Source of the DNA: a virus
Taxonomy: Duplodnaviria > Caudoviricetes
Direction: 5' to 3' (one strand)
IMG/VR virus record: IMGVR_UViG_2837678835_000002
Location: 346 to 64,345 of that record
DNA length: 64,000 nt
The translations under genes and the position numbers were made by a program. This document shows positions 28,674-38,363 of this stretch, piece after piece (position 1 is the stretch's first letter; every line of letters starts with the position of its first letter). The notes under the pieces were generated by a model, which saw nothing but the letters and a program-made list of their open reading frames with translations, had not been told where the DNA came from and ran no database searches.

Positions 28674-28704
28674 TCAATCATTCATTTCGCCAGGAGCAGC
28701 CCCC

Positions 28705-28956
28705 GTGTCCGCCGACATCGCCGACAAGATCTGCGCAGTCATCGCCAGACACCTCGCCATCGAGCGCGACGAGGTGAGCGAAGGTGCGCGGCTCGTTGAA
28801 ACCTTGGGCGCCGACAGCCTCGACATCGTCGAACTGGCGATCGAGCTCGAGGAGGAGTTCGGCGTTGAACTCAAGGACGAGGCGGTCGAGCACATCGTCA
28901 CCGTCTCCGACGTCGTCACCGCGGTCGAGGATGCGATCGCGAGGCGCGCGGCATGA
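28705..28956 (+). CDS. acpP: Phage-encoded acyl carrier protein
   Basis: AGGAG RBS then GTG; 83 aa, acidic; LGADSLDIVELAIELEEEFGVEL carries the phosphopantetheine Ser; ATGA overlap with the next gene. Confidence 0.9.
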   Translation: MSADIADKICAVIARHLAIERDEVSEGARLVETLGADSLDIVELAIELEEEFGVELKDEAVEHIVTVSDVVTAVEDAIARRAA

Positions 28957-29387
28957 CCAACTTTGCGACCCAGCAGGATCTCGTCGACCGCTTCGGTTCG
29001 ACCGAACTCGTCCAGCTTACCGACCGGGTCAACCGGCCCCCCACGACGATCGAGGCCACGGCTGTCTCGCAGGCGCTCGCGGACGCGTCGGCCCTCGCAT
29101 CGGGCTATGTCGGCAAGTTCTACAAGCTTCCGATGGCGTCGGTCCCGCAGGCGCTCGTCCGGGCGACGGCCGACATTGCCCGCTTCTACCTCTGGGGCTC
29201 CAAGGCCGAGACCGACGGTGAAGTCGAACGCAACTTCAAGATCGCGGTCGCCTGGCTGAAAGACATCTCGCGCGGTGTCGTCCAACTCGACGTCGAGGGT
29301 GTCGCGCCGGCGCAGCCCGAAGGCGGCTCTGTGCAGATCTCTGCACCGGAGCGTCGCTTCTCCCGCGCCAGCATGCGGGGGCTTTAA
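28953..29387 (+). CDS. Mu gp36-like head-tail adaptor (DUF1320)
   Basis: FATQQDLVDRFGSTELVQLTD...DIARFYL...AVAWLKDISRG. Confidence 0.9.
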   Translation: MTNFATQQDLVDRFGSTELVQLTDRVNRPPTTIEATAVSQALADASALASGYVGKFYKLPMASVPQALVRATADIARFYLWGSKAETDGEVERNFKIAVAWLKDISRGVVQLDVEGVAPAQPEGGSVQISAPERRFSRASMRGL

Positions 29388-29389
29388 CG

Positions 29390-29974
29390 ATGGCGGCAGC
29401 CGGTATTCGGATCACCGTCGACGACGCGGCCGTCATGGGCGCGCTTTCGCGGCTGGAAACGCGCGAGCGCGGTGACGCGATGAACGCGATCGGCGCCTAT
29501 CTGGTGACGGCGACCCAGCAACGCTTCGAGCGGGAGCAGGGGCCCGACGGCAAGCCCTGGCAGCGGCTTTCGCCGCGCACTGCCAACAAGCGGATCGGCA
29601 GGAGCCGTCGCGGCTACGAGCACATCCTCCGGGTCAAGAGCCGGCTCTATTCGAGCATCACCTATCGTGCCGATGCGGCCAGCCTGGCTGTCGGAACGAA
29701 CGTCAAATACGCCGCGATCCAGCAGCTCGGCGGTACGATGGAGCAGTCGGCGCGACGGCAGACGATCTACCAGCGCTACGACCCCAAGAGCGGCGAGATC
29801 GACCAGCGCTTCGTCAAGCGCTCGCGGTCCAATTTCGCCCGCGAGGTCGACGTCAAGGCACACACGATCACGATCCCGGCGCGGCCCTATCTCGGCATTT
29901 CCGACGAAGACCGTGCCGAGCTCCTCGAGATCATTGCCGACACCGAGCGCCGGGCGCTGGGAGGTGGCCGATGA
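29390..29974 (+). CDS. Phage virion morphogenesis protein (Mu G-like)
   Basis: RFEREQGPDGKPWQRLSP, GTNVKYAAIQQLGG, IPARPYLGIS. Confidence 0.9.
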   Translation: MAAAGIRITVDDAAVMGALSRLETRERGDAMNAIGAYLVTATQQRFEREQGPDGKPWQRLSPRTANKRIGRSRRGYEHILRVKSRLYSSITYRADAASLAVGTNVKYAAIQQLGGTMEQSARRQTIYQRYDPKSGEIDQRFVKRSRSNFAREVDVKAHTITIPARPYLGISDEDRAELLEIIADTERRALGGGR

Positions 29975-30399
29975 TCGTTGCCGAGATCGAGCAGCGGCTC
30001 GTCGAACGCTGCCAAGCCCACTTCGCGATCATCGCCGGCGCGATCGACCTTGCGACCGTCAAGGATCGGCCGCCGGCTTCGCCTGCCGCCTATGTCGTGC
30101 CGCTGCGCGACGTCAGCGCCGACAACAGCCGGATGTCCGACGTGCTGCAGCGGACCGAGATGGACGTCGGCGTCGTCATCATCGTCGAGAACGTCTCGGA
30201 CGCGACCGGTGCGGCGGCCGGGCAGGATCTCGAAGTGCTGAAGACCGCGGTTCGCAAAGCGCTCATCGGCTGGCAGCCGGCGAGTGCCGAGGATGTCGTC
30301 ACCCACGTCTCTGGCGAGCTGACCAGCGCCAAGGGCGGCACTGTCTGGTGGGAAGAGCAATTCGCGACCGCCTACTACCAAGAGAGCGAGGAGAGCTGA
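29971..30399 (+). CDS. Tail terminator protein
   Basis: PAAYVVP...ALIGWQP...WWEEQF; position. Confidence 0.75.
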   Translation: MIVAEIEQRLVERCQAHFAIIAGAIDLATVKDRPPASPAAYVVPLRDVSADNSRMSDVLQRTEMDVGVVIIVENVSDATGAAAGQDLEVLKTAVRKALIGWQPASAEDVVTHVSGELTSAKGGTVWWEEQFATAYYQESEES

Positions 30400-30400
30400 G

Positions 30401-30637
30401 ATGCCGGTGAGAGAGGGCGGGCGGTTTGTCCGCGACCCGAAGTCCGGGACGGAAAAGCGCGAGGGCGGGACCCGGCAGGATCTGAACGAGGCGGAGATCC
30501 CCAAGGGCCATCCGGCCGAGGCTCGGCTTGCGGAGATCGCCGACGATCAGAGCGGCACGGCTGAAGTGGAGCCGCCGGTCAGTGAGCCGCCGAAGACCAA
30601 AGGCGGCCCGCCCGCCGGGACCAAAGGAAAGGACTGA
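30401..30637 (+). CDS. Small hypothetical protein
   Basis: GGRFVRDPKSG motif; RBS; lies before the tail tube. Confidence 0.65.
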   Translation: MPVREGGRFVRDPKSGTEKREGGTRQDLNEAEIPKGHPAEARLAEIADDQSGTAEVEPPVSEPPKTKGGPPAGTKGKD

Positions 30638-30640
30638 TCG

Positions 30641-31570
30641 ATGGCGAAGCGCTACTATCGCAAGCTTGCGGTCCTGGGGAAGCTCGAAGCCACCTATGGC
30701 GTTGACGCCGCGCCCACCGGCGCAGCCAACGCCATGCGGATGACCGACGTTCAGTTTTCCCCGATGGAAGGGCAGGAGGTTCCGCACGAATCCCTGTTGC
30801 CCTATCTCGGCCATCAGGGCGTCGAGCTTGCCGGTCTCTACGCCAGGCTCGAGGGCTCGATCGAAGTCGCCGGCGCCGGTGCTGCCGGGACCGCTCCGGC
30901 CTACGGCCCGCTGCTTCGGGCCTGCGGCATGGCAGAGACGATCACCGCCGCCACCAAGGTCTCCTACGACCCGGTCTCGACAGGCTTCGAGGCGGCATCG
31001 CTCTACTTCAACGCCGACGGCGTCAGGCATGTGCTCCTCGGCGCGCGCGGGACCTGCACCGTCAATCTCACGCCAAACCAGATCCCGCGGTTCCGATTCA
31101 ACCTGATGGGCCTTCTCGGAACGATCTCCGACCAGGCACTGCCGACGGTCGACCACGCCGGCTTCGTCAAGGCGAGCGTCGTCAACAAGCAGAACACGGT
31201 GATGTCGCTGCATGGTTGGACGGCGATCGCCGAGAGCCTGGCGCTCGATCTCGGCAACCAGGTCGAGATGAGGTTCCTCGTCGGCGACGAGGGGGTCGAG
31301 ATCGTCGATCGCCAGTCGACCGGCACCTTCGTCGTCGAGGCAAAGAGCCTCGCCACCAAGAACTGGTTCTCAATCGCTAAGGCTCGCACCCGCGGTGCCT
31401 TGTCGGCCGTTCACGGAACGACCGCAGGCAACATCGTCGAGTTCAATGCCAACCAGGTCGAGATCGGCCGCCCGAACCAAGGCCAGACCCAGGGCATCCT
31501 CAATTATTCGCTGCCGCTGATGCTGTGCTCGGGCACCGGCGACGACGAGATGTCGATCGTCGTCCGCTGA
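30641..31570 (+). CDS. Major tail tube protein
   Basis: KLEATYGVDAAPT...PAYGPLLRACG...HGTTAGNIV; no sheath gene nearby. Confidence 0.85.
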   Translation: MAKRYYRKLAVLGKLEATYGVDAAPTGAANAMRMTDVQFSPMEGQEVPHESLLPYLGHQGVELAGLYARLEGSIEVAGAGAAGTAPAYGPLLRACGMAETITAATKVSYDPVSTGFEAASLYFNADGVRHVLLGARGTCTVNLTPNQIPRFRFNLMGLLGTISDQALPTVDHAGFVKASVVNKQNTVMSLHGWTAIAESLALDLGNQVEMRFLVGDEGVEIVDRQSTGTFVVEAKSLATKNWFSIAKARTRGALSAVHGTTAGNIVEFNANQVEIGRPNQGQTQGILNYSLPLMLCSGTGDDEMSIVVR

Positions 31571-31636
31571 CGGCGCACGCACCACGCCGTCAGGCGTGGT
31601 GCCCCGACCATTCAAACGCCCTTCGAAGGATCTTCC

Positions 31637-32011
31637 ATGGCTCAGTTCGTTCTCGCCGAGACCTATCGCTACCCCTGGCCGGTCACGGTCCACGTCCCCG
31701 ATCCGGCAAAGGCCGGGGCGACGATCGAGCAGACCTTCGAGGCCTTGTTCGAGGCGGTGTCCCTGGACGAAGCCGAAGCCATGAATGCCGACTATCTCGC
31801 GCTGAAAACCGACGCCGAGCGGTCTGCACATCAGCACGATTTCCTCAAACGCGCCCTCAAGGGCTGGAGCGGCGTCCAAGGGCCCGGGGGCGCCGAGGTG
31901 CCGTTCACGGATGAGACTTTCGCGACGGCGCTGCAGCACGCCTGGTTCCGGCAGGGCGTCTACCGCGCCTATTCGCAGTCTCTCTCCGGTGAGGCCCGAA
32001 CGGGAAACTGA
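31637..32011 (+). CDS. Tail assembly chaperone (G)
   Basis: GWSGVQG...VPFT; ends in slippery G GGA AAC TGA. Confidence 0.85.
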   Translation: MAQFVLAETYRYPWPVTVHVPDPAKAGATIEQTFEALFEAVSLDEAEAMNADYLALKTDAERSAHQHDFLKRALKGWSGVQGPGGAEVPFTDETFATALQHAWFRQGVYRAYSQSLSGEARTGN

Positions 32012-32388
32012 GGGCGGCGGCCCGCGCCGCCGCCTTCGCCTGGGCCGGACGTGCCGATCCGTCCCTATCGGCACGGATCGACGACGACATGCAGCGGCAG
32101 TTCGCGGCGCTCGGCGTCGCGGTGGAACTCGAAGAAGCAGATGACGGGGAGAATAACGACGTGGCGGTGTGGGTGGTCAATTGGCGGACGGTGCTGGCGT
32201 TCCTCGCCTGCGCGACGTGCTGGCGGTTTGCCGCCGGCATGTCGGGCATGATCCGCCTCGGCCTCGACTATGCCGGCGTCGACGTCATGCTCCGCCGCCG
32301 CGGCTATGACGACGTCGACTTTGCCGACATGCAGCTGATGGAAGAGGCGGCACTGGAAGCCTTCGGCGAAGTGGCGGAGGCAGCCTGA
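32008..32388 (+). CDS. Tail chaperone frameshift extension (T, DUF1799-like)
   Basis: The -1 frame from 32008 is open into NWRTVLAFLACATCWR...GLDYAGV...QLMEEAAL. Confidence 0.8.
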   Translation: MRAAARAAAFAWAGRADPSLSARIDDDMQRQFAALGVAVELEEADDGENNDVAVWVVNWRTVLAFLACATCWRFAAGMSGMIRLGLDYAGVDVMLRRRGYDDVDFADMQLMEEAALEAFGEVAEAA

Positions 32389-35300
32389 TGGTTCAGCCGC
32401 TGCAGTTCTCGATGGTCATGACCCTCGACGCCAAGGGCGTCGGGCAGGGCGCACGCGAAGCGCGGCAGGAGATCTCGGCGACTGGCCAGGCCGCGAAGTC
32501 CGCCGGCGGCGACCTCGGGACGATGACGACGGCCATGCAGGCCGAGGCCGCAGCCGCGCGCCAGGTCAAAGACGCTCTGACCGGCGCTACGGGGGCCGAG
32601 GCGGCCTATCGCCAGGAGCTGCAGCGGCGAGTTGGCGCGAACCAGAACCTCTCCGGCAGGGCTCCAACGCCCGCTGCGGGTGGCGGAGCCGGTGCAGGGG
32701 GACTGCCGCCGACGAACCAGACGGCGATGCTCGACCAGGTCCGCGAGCGCTACAATCCGCTCTACAAGATCGGCCAGGATTACAAGCGCACGCTGGGCGA
32801 GATCGCCGCTGCCGAGCGCACGGCCGGTCTCGCGGTGTCCGAGGCGAATGTCTATCGCCGCCAGGCGGCCGAACTTGCCGAGCGCCAGATGCGGGCGCTG
32901 ATGCGGGGCGAGCGCAACCAACCGACTTCGGGTGGCTTTCTCAGCCGCGTCGGGTTCCGGCCCGACCAGGGCATGAACCTCCTTCGGCAGGGCGGCGACG
33001 TCGGCACCATGGCGCTGATGGGCGCCTCGGCGAGCCAGATTCTGACGAGCCAGGGCTTTCAGATCGCCGAAGTTTTCGCCGACGCCGAGGGTGGCGCAAA
33101 GAAGGCACTGAAGGGAATCGGCCAGGAGCTTCTTGGACTGACGCGGTTCGTCAATCCGCTGACGATCGGCCTGACAGCCGCCGGGGGTGCAGTCCTTTAT
33201 TTTGCCACCCGCTCTTCGGCGGCTGAACGCTCGGTCGAAGCATCAACGAAGGCTACAGCCGCTTATGTCGAGGCGCTGAAGGACGTGAAGATGGCCGCAG
33301 GTGACGCGGCTGAAGGCGCTGGACGGATCTTCGAGCGAGAGACTCGCGTGTCCGAGACCACAGCGCGTGCGCAAATGGACGCCGCGTTAAAGGCCCAGCG
33401 CGATGCCCGCCAGGCGGCGGTGGAGGCAGCTGGCTCTCGCCTGAGCCGGGATCTCCTCGGCTCCATGGGCGGCCTTGGCGATAACAACCGGCAGCGCCAG
33501 TTCGCTCTGCTCGACAATGCCATTACGCGTCTCGAAGACGGAACTATCACCGCAAAGCAGTTTCGCGAGGAGATTTCCGCGATACGCGTCGACGGAAATC
33601 TGAGCCGACCTTTTCGGGATGTTGCCGACGCCCTCGAGCAGGATGCGAAGGCAGCCGTTGAGGCGGAAGCGCGCGTCGATTCGCTGAAAGGCGCCGTCGA
33701 GGAACTCCACCGCGTCGCCGCACAGCGGCGGCTCGGCGATGCCATGGAGGCTCTGCGCGGTTATGTGCCCGATCTGAGGACGCCCCGGCAGAGAATCGCG
33801 GAAGACTATAGCCGCGCGATCGGTGCAATCGACTCCATCCCACGCTTCGACAATGCCCGTGGTGGCGAAGGCGAGCGAGCGGCGGCCGATGCACAACGGC
33901 AAAAAGCGCTGGAAGAACTCACCCGACAGGAGGAGATTCGCCGGCGCGGCGTGCTGCTGGATATTGCGGCGACCGGCGCGCGAACGACGGCCGAGCGCGC
34001 GGCGATCGAAAGCGCTAGGGCCTTCAACCAGGCGCTGGCCGATCCAAGCCTCGAAGACCACGAGCGGCAGCTGAGGGCCAACGAGGCGGCGTTGCGCGTC
34101 TACGCCGAGGCGCAGCGGGAAGCGACCGACGCGCTGCAAGGTGCGGTGGACGATCTCGCGCTTGCCGGCCTCGAAGGGGCCGCTCGTGAACTCGCAGCGA
34201 TCAATCAGGAAGTCACCCGGCAGATCGCGCTCAATCCGCAGGCGGCCGACAGCTGGCGGGCCTATGGCGAGGCGCGGCGCGCGGCGCTGGAGATCGAGAC
34301 CAACCGGAACCTCTTCCGCCCGCAGGAGGAGGAGCGCGCCGAGATCGAAGCGCTGGCGGCGGCGCTCGGCAAGAGCACGGCCGAGCGCCGCAGGATCATG
34401 ACGGATCTCAAGTCCGAGCAGGAGCTGCGCCGCGCCGGCATCGATCTGACCAGCCGCGAGGCCGAGGCCTACCGCCGCAATGCGCGAGCGCTCGCTGACT
34501 GGCGCGCGAACGTTGAGAAGTCAGGAAAGGCGCTCGATGATCTCCAGGCGACGGGGCTCGACGCGATCGACAAGCTTGTCGACGGCATCACGGATCTCGA
34601 CGAGAAGGCAGACTTCGAAGCGATCTTTGGCGACATCGCCAAGGACTTCGCCAAACAGTTCATCGACCTGTCTGTCCGCAATCCGCTGAAGAACCTCGCC
34701 GGCGGAGATCTTCCAACGCTGTCGGATATTGGCGGCTTCGAGGGCCTTTGGGCGACGATCACTGGCAAGGCGGTGCCGAAACCGCAGGCGCCGACCATCG
34801 CACTCGCGGAGCGCGGCGCGACGCCGTTCAATCCGCTATTCGTCTCGCTGGTCGGGTCGGGACTACCTGGTTCGATCGGTGGCGGCCTTCTGGCTCCCGC
34901 CGGCGCTAGTGCCGCGACTGTCGGCGGGGTCACTCGCGGTGGGGCACTGGCGCCTGTCACCGCCCTCGATCCTGCGAGCCGGCGGGTGGCCGAGGCCTTT
35001 TCAGTGACGGCGCCCGCCGCGGACGGACTCGTCCCGATTGACCAGATGGCCGATTACATCCGCCAGGCGGCAGCCGCCCGCGGCATCGATCCGGAGACCG
35101 CGCTGCGCGTCGCGAGATCCGAAGGGCTGGGCGAAGGCATCTGGCAGTCGAACTATCGGCGCGGCAGCTACAGAGAACCGTCCTATGGTCCTTTCCAGCT
35201 CCTGAAGGGGGGACCCGGAACCGGCTTCGGACAGGGCCTCGGCAATGCCTTCATGCGGGAGACCGGTCTTGATCCGGCCGATCCGCGGAATGCCTATTCG

Positions 35301-36152
35301 GGCGTCGACTACGCCCTCAACCGGGCTGCTCGAAATGGCTGGAGTGACTGGTACGGTGCGGCGAAGGTAGGGGTCGGCCGTTGGGATGGACTTGCAGGAG
35401 CCCAGGCCCTGCCGTTCGACCAGGCGGCAATCCAGAAGCAGATCGAGGCTTCGCCCTCGGCCCTGTCTCGAAGCGCAGAAGCGCTCGCCCCTGCCGCGAC
35501 CCAGTTTCAAACCGGCTTCGACGGCGCCTTGAACCAGCAGCTGCTCGGCGGCCTCGGTTCGGCTGTCGATCAGTTCCTGCCGGGCTGGGGTGGCATCCTG
35601 CAGAAACTGCTGTCTCAGATGGGGGGTGGGGGCGGCCTCGGGGCTTTGTTCGGCGGCGACCTGGGCTTGCCCGCCATGCCGGCCTATACGGGGCCGGGAC
35701 CTGCCGGCTTCTACGACACCGGCGGCTATACCGGCCCAGGCCCCCGGCACAAGGTTTCGGGTTACGTCCATGCCGGCGAGGTCGTCTGGAACCAGGACGA
35801 CGTGGCAGCCGCCGGCGGCCCGGCCGCGGCCGAGGCCATCCGGATCGGCATGCGCGCGGGGGCGGGATACGAGCGAGGCGGCGTCGTGGCGAAAGCTGTC
35901 GCGCCCTCCTCGTCGCGTCTGCGAGAGGCGGCGCAGTCCAGCGCTTCAGGGGGCCCGTCCAAGACAGTCGTGAACGTCAACAACTACGGGAAGGATGGAG
36001 CCGAGGTCTCGGAGCGCACCGATTCCAACGGTGACCGGATCATCGATGTCACGATCAGGCGCGTCGCGCGAGACGAAGTGACCAGGCGAGGCACGCCGAC
36101 CAATCGCGCGCTTCGGGCCGGTGGGCTGCAGATGCCGGTGACAATTCGATGA
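32388..36152 (+). CDS. Tape measure protein with internal lysozyme/transglycosylase-like domain
   Basis: 1254 aa, Ala-rich helical; YIRQAAAARGIDPETALRVARSEG...SYGPFQL (~35050-35400); GYTGPG...VHAGEVV near the C-terminus. Confidence 0.9.
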   Translation: MVQPLQFSMVMTLDAKGVGQGAREARQEISATGQAAKSAGGDLGTMTTAMQAEAAAARQVKDALTGATGAEAAYRQELQRRVGANQNLSGRAPTPAAGGGAGAGGLPPTNQTAMLDQVRERYNPLYKIGQDYKRTLGEIAAAERTAGLAVSEANVYRRQAAELAERQMRALMRGERNQPTSGGFLSRVGFRPDQGMNLLRQGGDVGTMALMGASASQILTSQGFQIAEVFADAEGGAKKALKGIGQELLGLTRFVNPLTIGLTAAGGAVLYFATRSSAAERSVEASTKATAAYVEALKDVKMAAGDAAEGAGRIFERETRVSETTARAQMDAALKAQRDARQAAVEAAGSRLSRDLLGSMGGLGDNNRQRQFALLDNAITRLEDGTITAKQFREEISAIRVDGNLSRPFRDVADALEQDAKAAVEAEARVDSLKGAVEELHRVAAQRRLGDAMEALRGYVPDLRTPRQRIAEDYSRAIGAIDSIPRFDNARGGEGERAAADAQRQKALEELTRQEEIRRRGVLLDIAATGARTTAERAAIESARAFNQALADPSLEDHERQLRANEAALRVYAEAQREATDALQGAVDDLALAGLEGAARELAAINQEVTRQIALNPQAADSWRAYGEARRAALEIETNRNLFRPQEEERAEIEALAAALGKSTAERRRIMTDLKSEQELRRAGIDLTSREAEAYRRNARALADWRANVEKSGKALDDLQATGLDAIDKLVDGITDLDEKADFEAIFGDIAKDFAKQFIDLSVRNPLKNLAGGDLPTLSDIGGFEGLWATITGKAVPKPQAPTIALAERGATPFNPLFVSLVGSGLPGSIGGGLLAPAGASAATVGGVTRGGALAPVTALDPASRRVAEAFSVTAPAADGLVPIDQMADYIRQAAAARGIDPETALRVARSEGLGEGIWQSNYRRGSYREPSYGPFQLLKGGPGTGFGQGLGNAFMRETGLDPADPRNAYSGVDYALNRAARNGWSDWYGAAKVGVGRWDGLAGAQALPFDQAAIQKQIEASPSALSRSAEALAPAATQFQTGFDGALNQQLLGGLGSAVDQFLPGWGGILQKLLSQMGGGGGLGALFGGDLGLPAMPAYTGPGPAGFYDTGGYTGPGPRHKVSGYVHAGEVVWNQDDVAAAGGPAAAEAIRIGMRAGAGYERGGVVAKAVAPSSSRLREAAQSSASGGPSKTVVNVNNYGKDGAEVSERTDSNGDRIIDVTIRRVARDEVTRRGTPTNRALRAGGLQMPVTIR

Positions 36153-36502
36153 AAGCCTGGCCCGCGACGCTTCCGCAGAATTTTGACCGGCCCGACTATC
36201 TCGACACGATAGGCGACAATCGCCTGTTGACCGAGCAGGAGAGCGGCGCCGTCAAAGGCCGGCCACGCTTCTCCTACATCCCCGATCCGTTCCAGGGGTC
36301 GATGCGCATGACCAGTGCGCAGTATGAGATATTGCGGACGTTCTGGAAGGACGTGGGCGGCGTTCTGCCTTTCAGCATGCCGGAGCCTGGAAAGACCGGC
36401 GCTACCTGGATCGTTCAGTTCGGGCGAAAGCCGTTCTCCAGGACCAATCTTGGCGGCGATCGCTGGCGCGTGCAGCTCGACATGGTGAGGCTGCCGCAAT
36501 GA
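36149..36502 (+). CDS. Distal tail protein
   Basis: WPATLPQ...GAVKGRPRF...GVLPF; follows the tape measure gene. Confidence 0.7.
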   Translation: MKAWPATLPQNFDRPDYLDTIGDNRLLTEQESGAVKGRPRFSYIPDPFQGSMRMTSAQYEILRTFWKDVGGVLPFSMPEPGKTGATWIVQFGRKPFSRTNLGGDRWRVQLDMVRLPQ

Positions 36503-37011
36503 GGACCGTCTCGGCAAATTTTCGCCAGGCCATGTTCGATGAGAACACCACCGAGATCCCGGTGCTGCTTCTGACGATCAGCCATCCGGACCTCGAGAAT
36601 GGCGACCTCTTCCTGTCCACCGACAACGCCGACCTTCTCGACTTCGAAACGCAGCGGCGCGGCACGGTCAGCCGAGGACTGAATTTCGAATTCCTTCCGA
36701 TGCAGCTGTCGCTCCCGGAGGACGCCGAAGACGCTTCGCCGATGCTGCAGCTCAGTATGAGCGACATCGATCAGGAGGCGAGCACGATCCTCCGGTCGAC
36801 CGTGACCCCGGCCTACGTGACGATCGAGGTCGTGCTCGCCTCGGATCCCGATTTCGTTGAAATGGAGTTCGTCTCGTTCGAGCTCTCTTCAGCGGATGTG
36901 ACGGCAGAGAGCGTCTCGCTCAACCTGACCGTCGATACCCTGGCTTCCGAGCCATACCCCGCAGACACGTTCACGCCCGGCCGCTTCGGCGGCCTGTGGA
37001 CGGAATACTGA
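36499..37011 (+). CDS. Tail tip protein (DUF1833-like)
   Basis: LLTISHPDL...VLASDPDFVE...PYPADTFTPGRFGGL. Confidence 0.8.
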   Translation: MRTVSANFRQAMFDENTTEIPVLLLTISHPDLENGDLFLSTDNADLLDFETQRRGTVSRGLNFEFLPMQLSLPEDAEDASPMLQLSMSDIDQEASTILRSTVTPAYVTIEVVLASDPDFVEMEFVSFELSSADVTAESVSLNLTVDTLASEPYPADTFTPGRFGGLWTEY

Positions 37012-37036
37012 TCAACCATCCCTCAGGAGAAGAGCA

Positions 37037-37231
37037 GTGGCGACCACACCGAATTTCAAACTCGTCTCGATGCCCACCGACCCGGTGCAGAAGTCGCTTT
37101 CGGCGACCTTCCAGAACCAGGAAAACGCGAGCCAGTCCGTGAATGTCCATTTGTCCGGCGCGACTGGCGATGCCAAGGCCAACATCAAAGCCGCCCTCGA
37201 GGCCTGCCTGAAGGGCCTGGAGGCGATCTGA
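37037..37231 (+). CDS. Small hypothetical protein
   Basis: AGGA RBS, GTG start, TGATG coupling. Confidence 0.55.
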   Translation: MATTPNFKLVSMPTDPVQKSLSATFQNQENASQSVNVHLSGATGDAKANIKAALEACLKGLEAI

Positions 37232-37509
37232 TGGAACGGCGCGGCTTTCTTCGCGCACTTGCCGGCCTGCCGCTTGCGGCGGCCGGTGCCGCGCTCGCCG
37301 GCGGGCAGGCAGCTGCGTCAGGCCTGATCTTCGACGGATCGATTACGGCTCGCCGGATCACGGCAACCAAGATCTATCCCGGAAAAATCATGGTCCAAGG
37401 ATCGACCATTCGTTCCATCGACGCAGGATCGTTCCCTCGCGGCACTATCAGGTCTAATCATCCTGATCTCCGGACATCGACGATGGAACCGACCAGCTCG
37501 GAGACGTAG
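37231..37509 (+). CDS. Small protein with twin-arginine signal-like N-terminus
   Basis: MERRGFLRALAGLPLAAAGAALAGGQAAA then LIFDGSITARRITATKI. Confidence 0.55.
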   Translation: MERRGFLRALAGLPLAAAGAALAGGQAAASGLIFDGSITARRITATKIYPGKIMVQGSTIRSIDAGSFPRGTIRSNHPDLRTSTMEPTSSET

Positions 37510-37730
37510 CTGGTCGCGACCGCCCGCATATAGCTGTCGGTCGCTTCGTTGGCGCCGGGATAAAGCGGCCGATCGAGTGCCGCAGTCACCGCCTCTTCGA
37601 ATGTCACGAGACGCCTGCGGGTCTCCTCCGGATCGTCGGCCACATAGACGTCGGCGATCAGCCGCAGCACCACCTCACGAAGGGCTGCGAAGATCGCCAG
37701 GTCGCCGGCGCGTCGCTCATCATCAGTCAT
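37458..37730 (-). CDS. Antisense moron, hypothetical helical protein
   Basis: MTDDERRAGDLAIFAALREVVLRLIAD...; fills the gap in the + strand operon. Confidence 0.55.
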   Translation of the reverse strand: MTDDERRAGDLAIFAALREVVLRLIADVYVADDPEETRRRLVTFEEAVTAALDRPLYPGANEATDSYMRAVATSYVSELVGSIVDVRRSG

Positions 37731-37756
37731 CTCGAAGCTTTCAAGGAACAACTCTC

Positions 37757-38101
37757 ATGCGACTTTTCATGCTCACCCAGACGCTGGTGATGGACCTCGA
37801 CCAGATGAACGTTTCGCCTTCCATCGTGCAGCTCACCGAAGAGACCGGCAAGGGCAAGGCGAAAAAGACCGAGCAGACCGGCTGGGCGCTGCAGGTGCCG
37901 CAGAAAGACAGCAACCCGGTCTACGTGAAGTCGGACTGCGCGCCCGAGGACAGGCCGACGGATCTTCACCGCATCATCGAGCGCATCGTCCGAGCGACCT
38001 GGAACGGCGTCGAAGAGGCCATCGTGCCGATGATCCCGCTGCCCGCAACGCCGCCGCTGCCCGGCGTCGATGGGCCGGGAGAGAACGACACGGTCCAGTG
38101 A
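37757..38101 (+). CDS. Hypothetical phage protein
   Basis: AAGGA RBS then MRLFMLTQ. Confidence 0.6.
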   Translation: MRLFMLTQTLVMDLDQMNVSPSIVQLTEETGKGKAKKTEQTGWALQVPQKDSNPVYVKSDCAPEDRPTDLHRIIERIVRATWNGVEEAIVPMIPLPATPPLPGVDGPGENDTVQ

Positions 38102-38111
38102 GGGTAGCGCA

Positions 38112-38363
38112 ATGCGCGACAAACCGTCGATGACGCAAGCGGAGGTCGTCGCCTGGCTGAGCCAGGTCAACCTGCGGATGGCCGATCTTCGCAGAACGCT
38201 GAACGCCAGCCCGAACAGCAGGAAGACCGCCTGTTGGACGGAAGGCCTGGACGCTCATGCGCTGAACAGGTTCATCTATCAGATCGAAGACGCTCGTCTG
38301 GGCATTGTCGGCCTCACGCACGAGCTGCTTGCTCGTCACGAGACGGGTGACTTTTCGGTCTGA
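38112..38363 (+). CDS. Hypothetical phage protein
   Basis: GAGG RBS; TGATG coupling to the NlpC gene. Confidence 0.55.
   Translation: MRDKPSMTQAEVVAWLSQVNLRMADLRRTLNASPNSRKTACWTEGLDAHALNRFIYQIEDARLGIVGLTHELLARHETGDFSV

Noticed and set aside
28429-28704. Long N-terminal extension of the ACP ORF
   Set aside because: Arg-rich non-protein-like translation; a good RBS and GTG lie at 28692-28707.
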